From positions 1,908 to 65,907 of the forward strand of contig RQSC01001018.1 of NCBI GenBank assembly GCA_013416795.1: a stretch of DNA of 64,000 nt. The letters are read 5' to 3'. This DNA comes from Prasinococcaceae sp. CCMP 1430. Lineage: Eukaryota > Plantae > Prasinodermophyta. Made by a program: the position numbers and the translations under genes. The notes under the pieces were generated by a model, which was not told the origin of the DNA, made no database searches, and saw only the letters and a list, made by a program, of their open reading frames with translations. Positions 1 to 10,598 of this stretch are shown piece after piece (positions within the stretch are counted from its first letter, which is position 1; each line of letters begins with the position of its first letter).

Positions 1-2
1 CC

Positions 3-256
3 GACGCCGGCTGTGGCAGGGCGCGCAGCGCGCGCTCGCGCTCGCGCTCGGCGAAGACGCCGTCCGCCCAGGCCGCGCTCGCGGCGGCGGCGGCGGCGAA
101 CAATCCCCGCCCGACCGGCGCCGCGACCCTCGGGGCGCAGCACGCGGTGGAAATCGCGGCCTACACGCACGCTGCGCAGGGGCAGGGGCACGTCGTGCCG
201 GCGCAACGGCCAGTGGCGCAGCCGATGCAGGTCACGCAAGCGCAGCTCACGGCCAT

Positions 257-289
<33 letters not shown>

Positions 290-502
290 CTTGCAGCAAA
301 AGCAGCAGCAGCAGCAGCAATGCCACGCAGTGCAAGCGCAGTACCAGCAGCAGCACTATGATCAGCACGGACAGTACCAGCCTCAGCAGCAGCAGAGAGG
401 ATACGCGTATCACGTGAACATCCAAGTCAATGCTGGCGCTGCGAACCCGCAGACGCAGAAGTACGCGCAGCACCAGCAGGGCCACCAGTCCCTCCCTTAC
501 CC

Positions 503-537
<35 letters not shown>

Positions 538-1034
538 GGCGGCTTCCGCAGCAGCAGCAGCAGCAGCAGCAGTACCACCCCCTGCAGGATCAGCAGGCGG
601 GCTTCGAACTTGCGTTTGACTTTGACGACGTCTGCTCCTACCTGCTGCTCGGCGACGGCACGAGTCCCTCCCTCGAGATAGACGACGATGTTTTCGGGGC
701 CTCTCGAACCACGACGACCAACTCGCGCGAGAGCATGTGTCGCAGTGGTGGTACGCCTCCGATGACCTCGCAGCACGTGCCGGATGACGCCCAGCCGATC
801 GACATCAAGGGCCTCGTGGACGGCCCAGTGACGGGCAACCAGAGCGTCGCGATTGCGCCGGGCGGGCAGCTCGCGCCCGTCGCGGCGCTGGACGTCAAGC
901 CCATCCTGGGCGAGCCGATGTTGGCCAAATCCGTTGCTGCGTCCCCACCTGCGGCGGGCCTCGTGCCCACCAGTGGCGTCTACCAGCAACAGGCACGAGG
1001 GGGCGTGCGTGGCGCGGGCGGGGAAATGCAATAG
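3..1034 (+). CDS. 3' part of a polyglutamine-rich protein (possibly a transcriptional regulator); 5' end lies outside the window
   Basis: Frame is open from position 3 to TAG at 1032-1034. It has several polyQ tracts and an acidic/hydrophobic patch (FELAFDFDDVCSYLLL). No recognisable domain in the visible part. Confidence 0.6.
258..572 (+). repeat. Clustered (CAG)n microsatellites encoding polyQ
   Basis: Several CAG runs of 5-11 units within the ORF. Confidence 0.95.
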
Positions 1035-2147
1035 CCCATCGAAGCTGGAGACAGCCGCCGGCAGCAGCGGCGGGAACAGCTGCGACGGCGATCGCAGCGT
1101 GGATGCAGGGAAGCATTTCGCAGCAGCAACGCGTGGCGCGCACGCCGGGGGTCCCTGCTCCAACAGGTCCCCCGCCGGCGGCGCGAGCGTGTGGGCTGCG
1201 CGCGCGCCTCGAAGGGCGCGATAATGAACAGTGAAAATGACACGAAAGTACGGCCGTGCGACCCATGAGTCGGAGGCACGCCCCACCTGTTGGCCGCTCG
1301 GCAAGGGTGCAATGAACACTAAAAGAAAACTTTCTGCAATGATCGACGGCGTCCGAAGCGGGGACGCGCTCGCGCACGCGACGCGCCCCGCGCGCGCGCG
1401 GCGTCGGCCGCCACACGCCCCCCCCCCGCTCGTCGGGTGCGTCTGGTGGCGTGGAACGGCGCCGCAACCCCCAAGGCCGCGCCCACAGCCACGCGGCACA
1501 GCTATAGAGCAGTCACACCACCACCATCAACGGTAGCTCCTGTGCTGTACGGTACGGTGCACAGTACTGTATGGGGTTTGATTTGTTTGGGGTTTTGTTT
1601 TATAGGGTTTATTTTGTATGCGTGGCACGTGTGCACGTGCGTCTGTGATGTGATGAGCGCGTGAGCGCGCGCTGAGTGCGCGCGGCGCCGGATTGAGCAG
1701 CAGGGGCCTGGGCTGGCGTGCCGGCCGCCACGGGCGGGCGCCGCTGGCTCGCTCGCCCGCGCGGCGCCTCCGCCCCCGCACCACCCGCACGGCCCCGAGG
1801 GAGCGCGGGCGGGGAGGGCGCCAGAGCTGGCGCGGCTGGCGCAGCTGACGCCGGCGGGCACCCGGGAAGAGGGAGGTGGGGGGGGGCGAGGGCCGGGGAC
1901 GGGCGGGGGGGTGAGGGGCGTGAGGCCGCGGCGGGGGCGGGCGCTACAGAGAGAGCGGCCGGGCCTATCCGCGCGCGAGAGAGAGAGAGCCGACGGCGGC
2001 GGTGGCGGCGCGGGTGCAAGCGCGGGGAACGGGGTAAGGCGGTGGCCGGCGCTAGTCACAGGCGCAAGCAAGAGGTGCGGAGACGAAGCGAGAAAGCGTC
2101 CGGAAAAGAAGGGCGGCCGGGCCGAGACTACACCCAAAAATAGCGCC

Positions 2148-2966
2148 ATGGCGGCGACTGTGGTTCGTGGTGGGCGTCGAGCGGGTCGCGGCAGGACATG
2201 GGAGGCGCGCGGAGTGATTGTGGCGAGCATCCTCGCGCTCGCGGTACAACGCGCGAGCGCGAGCTTCACGCGCGAGAGCGCGAGCTTCGCGCGACGCATG
2301 CTCGCCCCGCCGCAGCCCGAGTCGCAGCTGTCATACGAGGACGCTCGTGCCTCTGCCAGTGGTAGTGGTGGCACTGCCGCTGGGAAGGAGGAGCTGCCCC
2401 CGCCGCGCTTGTGCATCCTCGACCGTTTCGGCGTCGAGGGGTCGGGCGTGAGCGAGAACGAGTTCCTCACTCGCCTCGACATCGCCATGGCGGACAACAT
2501 GCGCATTTACAAATTCTTGAGCTACTCACGGCCCCTTGCGGACCGCGTGTTCACTCCAGAGCATGACACGCTCTTCAAGGGCACGGACGCTGCCGTCATC
2601 GAAGAGACGCAGGGGCCCCTCCTGTCCGAGAGGCCCCCGGTGAGCGACTACGCCGAGCGCTGGCAGTACCCGTACGTGAGCCCACCGACATATCCGTACG
2701 GCCCGTGTGCGGCCGACCTCATCGCACAGTCGCAGGCGCCGGCCTCGAAGTGGCTCATGGTGAGCGGGCGGTCGCGCACGTACTTCATCTCCAATAACGA
2801 CAAGCTCGGGTGCCTCGGGCGCGCGGTGGGCGCCGCGAGCTCCGACAAGCCGACCGTGCTGCTCATGGACGACAACCCGCACTCGAAGGGGGGAGTCGCG
2901 CGCGAGCGCGCGCTCGCTGGCAGGGTGGGCGGCGGCGCGCACGCACGTCGTCCATGCACGAGCTGA
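2148..2966 (+). CDS. Hypothetical secreted or membrane-anchored protein
   Basis: ATG at 2148 in a gccATGg context, in frame with ORF 1911..2966. Hydrophobic N-terminal segment (VIVASILALAVQRASA) and GC3-rich coding-like codons from 2400 to 2890. The 3' end overlaps the opposite-strand gene. Confidence 0.6.
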   Translation: MAATVVRGGRRAGRGRTWEARGVIVASILALAVQRASASFTRESASFARRMLAPPQPESQLSYEDARASASGSGGTAAGKEELPPPRLCILDRFGVEGSGVSENEFLTRLDIAMADNMRIYKFLSYSRPLADRVFTPEHDTLFKGTDAAVIEETQGPLLSERPPVSDYAERWQYPYVSPPTYPYGPCAADLIAQSQAPASKWLMVSGRSRTYFISNNDKLGCLGRAVGAASSDKPTVLLMDDNPHSKGGVARERALAGRVGGGAHARRPCTS

Positions 2967-5900
2967 ATCCGACCATTTCGTGCCTGTCGTCTCCGAACCG
3001 GTTCACGAGGAAGTCGCTGAGGCGCTCGAAGGGGAAGTGGTACTCGCAGCGCTCCGCGTACGCCGACTGCGGCACGAAGTGGCAGTCGTCCATGTTGGGA
3101 AACTTGGCGAGATCGGCCAGCACGAGCTCGGTCCACTTGGCCCACGTCTCGCACGTGCACTCGCGCATGTTCAGCGTGTCCCTGATGAACCTCCCGTGGT
3201 GCAACGGCGTGTGTTTGTCGTCGCCAAACTTGAACTGGTATATGAACTCGCTGATGACGCGATCCATCGGCTGGCGGATGAAGCAGTACGAGCCCTTCAC
3301 GAGCCCCGTCGGCAGGCGATGCCACATCGGGCACACTTTGCCGTCCGGCCCGACGTCCTCGACCTCGAAAGGGTTCTCGATGTTCGGATTCAGCCATCCG
3401 GCCCGCGCTCCGCTTTTCGCGTGGTGCTTCTCCATGGCGACGAGCTCGATGCTCGTGCCGCCAGTTTTGGGTATGTGGATGAACTTGTTTTCGTCAATGC
3501 CTGGCTCCAGTGCGGCGGCGTACGGCTCGCGAGGGGCGGGCGGCGGCGGGGGCGGCGAGGGGGCGGGAAACCCCCACGCTGTCGCAGGTGCCAGACATGC
3601 ATACGCCACCACAGCTGCGCTCTGCGCGCCCTCCGCGGTCGCGGCGCCGTCGGAGGCGCGTGTGCGCAGCGCCATGCATCCGTCATCGCCGAGGGTGAAG
3701 CTGGCGTCCGTGGGGCGGCCGTCGTAGTCGCAGATGCGACGCGCGCGCGTGTGCACGGCGGTGTGCAGAGCAAGGCTCTCCAGCACGTCGTTGAGCAGTG
3801 CGTCCTCGCTGGTCACCAGCTGCGTTGGCATGTCGACGCATCGGCCATGCAGGCCCGTGCCCGCAAGCACTGTGGCGCGGGCGGTGAGATCTGCTGTGGC
3901 CGCGGCGCGAGCGAAGAGGCTTGCGCGCGACAGTACTGCGCGAGAGACGGACACCGCTTCCGCGCCTGCGCGCAAAAGGAGCATGCGGGAGCTGAAGGGG
4001 GTGCCGTCGTCGCCGCCATGCTTCAAGCCAATCAATGGCACAGGCGTGTCCGCGCCGTTGGCGGCACTCGTGCGCACGTCACGGAGGCCCGACAACGGAT
4101 CGGCGAAAAGCGGTGCGGGCGTGCCCAGCAGCAGGACGTCGAAGCCGAGCTCGAGCGCTGCCCCTGCATGCTGCCACCGAGGTGGGAAAGAGGGGATCGT
4201 GCTGTCGCCATCGCCGACTCCGGTGCCCTTAGAAACAGCGCAGCACTCACCTGCGCCCGCGCCTTCGCACGTCTCGCGAGTGGACACGAGCAAGACGAAG
4301 CCAACGCCCAGCTCGCGCATGCTCGATGTCGTCTTAGCGCACGCTTCCTCCGCCCCTTCGTCACAGTCGAAGAGTGCGAAGGTATTTGAACGCGCGCAGG
4401 CCTTAGCCGCAGTCACAAAGGCGACTAATGAGTCCGCGTCAAGCAGCGGCCGAGGCGAGCGATCATCGGTGGCAGAAGCGCCGCCGGAATCGGAAGGATC
4501 AAGCCAGGCCGGCAGCGTCTCTGTGGCAGATACCGCGGCGCTACGAGCGGCCTCCCCCTGACCCGCCTGCTCCTGCAGCGGCGCGCTCGGCGTTGTCACA
4601 GCGGGCATGGCCGTGGCATCGACCGCCGCAAACCTAGGCGAGTCCTGAGTGTTTGGTAGCACGCGGCATCTCTGCTTTTCGCCTGGCGTGTTTGCTCGTG
4701 CTGCCAGCGCGCGATCAATGCTCGACAGCGGAGCCACGTTGGCGACGCCCCAAGGCAGGTCCGCGCCCTCGCCAATGTCGATTGTCACAATGGCCTCGGA
4801 GCCGCCAAGGAGTCGAGTAATCTGCGCCGTTCAGGCGCGTGGCGACGCGCGGGATCGTCAGTGCCCCCGAGCTAGCTCGCGCGTGCGAGCGCGTGCATGT
4901 CAACAACGCGTCTACTTGAGCGCGCACCTTCTCCGCGTCAAATGCGTAGCTCGCGTTGGCCGAGGGCGTGCCTGCGTAGCGCCGCCACGTGCGTGCCTCC
5001 CAGGTCACTGTATCGCCGCCGCTCGCAGCGCCCACGTAACCATCGACGAGCAAATCGGCCAATTTGACCTTCTTCACGGCGGCCACCCCACCGGTCTCGG
5101 TCGCAAGCCTGTCCAAGTCGGGCGCGTGCATGAACTCCCATTCCTTGCAGCCAGGATTGGCATACATGACCCACACGCACACTCGCCTGATGGGCTCCGC
5201 AACGTGCGGTGGCTGCGAGAGCGACGCAGATCCTTGCGCTTGGCCCTCGCCGACGGGCATCTGAAACGTCGTCGTCTGACCGGTCCACCACTTGTCTCTC
5301 ACGTTCACCGGAGACTTCTCGCAGATCGTGACTGGGGCCGCCATCATCCGGTCGGCCGCATCGGCCACCATCAGCAGTGATTGCAGCAACTCGTCGAACG
5401 CCACCCTTGAAGGTATGCTCGAGGCCACCAGCGGATGCGCCAGCGCGAGCGCGCGCCGCCTGCGCGCCGCAGGCACGGCCGTGTCCACTCCCTCGACGAG
5501 CTGCCCATCTATGCGCTCGTGGTCCCACGCGCCGCTCACGCGCATGATCACCCCGCGACCAGGATGGGATGCGCCGACCAGGTGCACTATCGACGCGGGC
5601 GCCACGCGCGCACGTCCCCACAGCTCCGCCGGCAACGCTGCCTCACCCACCGCGCAGTCGCGAGCTCGGGTGTGCTGCTGCATGGCCAGGGGGATACCTC
5701 CGAAGAGCTCGTATGGCGCAAAGCCGCCGTACTCGACAAGCCCATCTGCCTCGCCACCGCCGCAGAGCACATCGCCCTCAGCCGCGTCGGTGTTGGCACG
5801 AGCTGCGCGATGGGCGGTCAGCGAGTGCACAAGCGCGCGAGGGTGCACACCCTCGTGCGAAGGGATGTAGCACACTCCCGGCAGCGCCTCGGAATCCAAT

Positions 5901-6961
5901 TCGACCGCGTCGCAATTGTAGTCGCCGACCTCATCGCGATAACGCTTGAGCCAGTGCTCACGCCCAAACTTCTCCCACGCCGTCGCGCGCGCGCCGTACA
6001 AGTGCAGGTCTTTCCCAGTGAAAGCGCTAAGCAAGCAGTCGCGCAGGGTGTCCTGCTCGTCGCTGGTTCGGACCACGACGTGCCTCCTCGCGGCTTCGCT
6101 GTTGAGGTCTGTCTCGTCGCCGATGAGATCGGGGTAGTACATGTTCATCGTGCGCGGATCCTCGAGGTTCCTGTGCACGCGCTCGTAGACCTCGCGGAGC
6201 ACCCAGTGCGCCACTGACCCGCTGCACGCGTGCTGCGCGTACAGGAGGCCACCGTTCGCCCTCGCCTCGTTGCACGGCCCTTCCTGCAAGTGCACGAGCG
6301 ACACGTCCCTCAGAACACCCTTCAGCGCGGGGTAAGGATTGTCGTAGAAGATGACGTCGAGATCGGCCTGGAGCACCCCAAGCCCAAGCTCTGCCCAGCG
6401 GCCGACGAGGCGCTTTCGCGTCGTCCACACGGTGAAAGTCGCCGACTCGGCCATCGAGGCCGTCGGCCCCGCCGCGCCGGTGATCAGGGTCGAGTATGCA
6501 CACGCCAGGCCCGGGCGCTTGTCGCGGAGCGCGTCGCAGTCCGCACGGGTGGGCGCGATAAAGATGTAATGCTCCATGCCAATGTCCTCCAGTTGCTTGA
6601 CGACGTTGACGGCGTATGGCCAGTGGTTGGCGGTGGCGGCAAATACTATGAGCTCGCCGCGGTACGAGCGCGCGCGCGCCACAGCCTGGAGCGCCTCATC
6701 GCTGTCGGCGAGATCGACGGGCTCGATGGGCGCAACCCGGCCAGCCGAGCGGAAGAGTAGGTCGGGCAGAGACCCCGCGTCGACGCCGAACGGACCACAT
6801 GCGCGGAAGCTCGCTGGGCAACGCGTCGCACCCACCCCGGCGCTGGCGGGGAAGACCTCCGAGCGCTGGTCAGCATCGCGCAGCGCTCGACGCGCAACGC
6901 ACGTGCCGCACGACACCAGCAACGAGAACAGCGCGAGGGACCGCGCCACGCCCGCGCGCAT
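2863..6961 (-). CDS. Multidomain glycan-modifying enzyme: GT77-like nucleotide-diphospho-sugar transferase + degenerate second GT77-like domain + Sulfotransfer_2-type sulfotransferase (~1330 aa; exons 6961-4928 and 4821-2863)
   Basis: Signal/anchor MRAGVARSLALFSLLVSC. GT77 motifs: ELGLGVLQADLDVIFYDNPY (DxD), ANGGLLY, SDEQDTL. The intron 4927-4822 (GTGCGC...CACTGAC...CGCAG) joins the two ORFs in frame (EK|ITRLL). Sulfotransferase PAPS-binding motifs: FIHIPKTGGTS and IRQPMDRVISEF. Confidence 0.75.
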
Positions 6962-7033
6962 CGGCGCGGCCCCGGCCGCGGCCGCCGATGTCTCCGCCGG
7001 GGCTCGCCGTCCCTGCGCCGCGGCNNNNNNNNC

Positions 7034-7978
7034 GCGCTGGCCGCGCTCGCGCTCGCGCTTGCGGGCGCCTTCCCGGTCGGGGGCGAGTCGGTCGTCGGCG
7101 CGGGGGGGGAGGCGCGCGAGTGCGGTGCGTGCGGCGCCCCCGTCGCGGAGGACGTGGCGGGCCTGCCACCGCGCGCACCTGCGTCGCCGCCATCGTACGA
7201 GAGCTGCGCGGTCGTGTTCGCCTCCGGGCTGCTGCTTGACTTCGATCTCGGCGAGGAGATCGACGCGCACGACGCTGTGTTCCGCATGAACAAGCACTCG
7301 CCGTGGAAGTTCGAGAGACACGTCGGCCACCGCACCTCGCTTCGCATCATCAACTCGCAGCACGACGGTGAGCACGACATGATGTTCACCGAGTTTACGC
7401 GCGACAGCGAGGTGGTGCTGCTGCGCGACTGGAACACCCGCGCCAAGTCACACGCCGAGTGGCGCAAGCAGAGCAAGTTCGATGTGTTCCGCACGCTGGA
7501 GAGGGCGCGCAAGAGCCATCCGGACAGGCCAATGTTCCTGCTGAGCCGCGGCCTCATGCGGCTCACGGAGGCGTGCGCGGCGCCCACGAACAAGTCGCCG
7601 ACCACCGGGCTGACCGCCGTGCTGGTCGCCCGGCAGCTCTGCGCCAACGTGACAGTGTATGGCGCGGGCTGCCCCGAGTGCGGCTACTATGCGCCGCGCC
7701 GCCGCACGGGCACGTCGCCGAAAGACGCGCGTGCGGGCGGCGCCGAGCAGTTCGGCACACACTTCCAGACCAAGTTCCACAATATGACCGCGGAGATGCG
7801 CTCGCTCACGCGTCTCGCGGGCATGGGAGCCGATGAGATTCGCCAGCGGGGAAGGTTCAGCATCGTGGGCTGCGCAAGCGCTGGCGCACCGGCAGAGGCG
7901 GGCCGGGGTGATAGCGCTGGCGCGGAGGGCGGAGGCGGCGCGGGTGCGCGAGTAGCACGAGCGCGAGCACGAGCGTAA
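7034..7978 (+). CDS. GT29 sialyltransferase-like glycosyltransferase; start probably within or before the N gap at 7025-7032
   Basis: Sialylmotif L (CAVVFASGLLLDFDLGEEIDAHDAVFRMN...HVGHRT), motif S (PTTGLTAVLVARQLCANVTVYG) and VS-like HNMTAE. In-frame hydrophobic anchor ALAALALALAGAF lies immediately after the gap. Confidence 0.85.
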   Translation, partial: ALAALALALAGAFPVGGESVVGAGGEARECGACGAPVAEDVAGLPPRAPASPPSYESCAVVFASGLLLDFDLGEEIDAHDAVFRMNKHSPWKFERHVGHRTSLRIINSQHDGEHDMMFTEFTRDSEVVLLRDWNTRAKSHAEWRKQSKFDVFRTLERARKSHPDRPMFLLSRGLMRLTEACAAPTNKSPTTGLTAVLVARQLCANVTVYGAGCPECGYYAPRRRTGTSPKDARAGGAEQFGTHFQTKFHNMTAEMRSLTRLAGMGADEIRQRGRFSIVGCASAGAPAEAGRGDSAGAEGGGGAGARVARARARA

Positions 7979-8264
7979 GCGGGCGCCGGCAATACCCCAA
8001 GTAATAGTTCACATAAAATGGCAGGGGCGAAGCAGGGCCTGCTGCGTCCGTGCGACCGCACACTCACGGTCGCGCGCGCTCGCGCGCGCCAACCCTGCCC
8101 CGCCCTCGCCACGACGGCCGCAGTGGCGGTTCAGCCGCTCGCCCGCCAGCCTGCGGCCAGCAATACCACGAACGCGCCATCGCCTGCCGCTTCGGCCGCC
8201 TGTTGTGGGCTGCGCGCGCCGCGCAGCTCCTCCAACCCCGCCACTCGCCCGCGCCCGCCCGCAC

Positions 8265-9280
<1,016 letters not shown>

Positions 9281-10598
9281 CTGGGAAGCCGGCGGCGGCG
9301 GCGGGCGCGGGCCGGGCGCGGGTGTGGGATGAGGCGCGCGCCGTTGCGCTGTCAGCAGCGAGGCGCGGTCACTGCCGGGTAATGCATCTCTCGTGCCGGC
9401 AGCGTTGCTGGTCGCTCCATCCCTGCCCACCTCACTCCCGATCACTCCCTGGGGGGAAATAATGGCACGTGCACAGAGCGAGCGCCGCCCGTGCTCGGGC
9501 CGGCCTTTCCGCACGGCGACAGGGCGACGCCAGGGGCGCCTGGCGCCAACCGCGCGGCGATGATGGGACCGATCCTCGGTCGCCTCGCCTACCGCCCGCC
9601 TCCTCATGCGCCGCCCGCCGCCCCGGCGCGCCTGGCGGGCGCCCTACGCACACGCAGCAGCAGCGCCGGCGCGAACCGCACTCGCGACGCCGGCGGGGCG
9701 CGCTGCGCTGTGGCGCGGCCGGGGCGCGCCGCGCAACGCAGATGCCCTCTCCCCGGGCCAACAGCCCGACGGAAAAAAAACAAAAACAAAAAACAAACAA
9801 ACAAAAACAAAAAAACAAAAACAAAAACAAAAACAAAAAAAAGAACTCGCGCCTCCAATCAAAAGAGATCACACACGCGCGCGCGCGCCTGCGCGAGAGC
9901 CCCCCGCGAAGCCGATATTAAAAAAAGACGAAGAAAAATTTTAAAAAACCGCGACGACCGAATGCGAGCGATCGATCGAATCGCTGCGTTTTGTGACGCA
10001 AACGATTTGCTCGCTCGTTCGTGTGTGCGCCTGTGCGTGCGCTTTGGTATTATTATTTTTTGGGAAATTAGCACCCAGACCGTTTTTTGGCCCCCTTACG
10101 TAATATGGTTGCTATTCGGGGGGCCAAAAAACGGTCTGGGTGCTAATTTCCCTCATTATTTTTATTTCATTGGAATTTCGGCTCGCGCCTGCTCTGTGCG
10201 CGTCTGTGCGTGTGCGTGTTTTTTTTTTAAATTATTTTTATTAATTTTTTATTTCATTGCACCTTCCGCTCGCGCCTCCTCTGTGTGTTCGTGTGTGTGC
10301 GTTTTATTTATTTATTTATTTATTTATTTTTATTTTAATTTTATTTCGTTTATTTCCGCTCGGGCCTGCGGCCGAAAGAGAGCAGCGGAAATTCTGCCAT
10401 CGTCTTCTGGCTGGCCGGCCGGCCGGCCGGTGCGCGCGCGTCGCTCCGTCGACTCCGGGTCGGATCGAGGGTCCGCGCGCGCGCCGTCCCGGCGGGGAGG
10501 GCGTCGCCGCGCGCGCGAACACCCAGGATGAGCGCGGGCGCGAGCGCGTGACGCTTGGGGCGGCGCAGCGGGCGAGGCGCCCGGCGGTGGGCGGTGGG

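Noticed and set aside
2864-2956. 10-bp inverted repeat CATGGACGAC/GTCGTCCATG at the gene overlap, suggesting an inversion breakpoint
   Set aside because: It simply encodes Met-Asp-Asp, and the same 10-mer recurs near 3085; likely chance.
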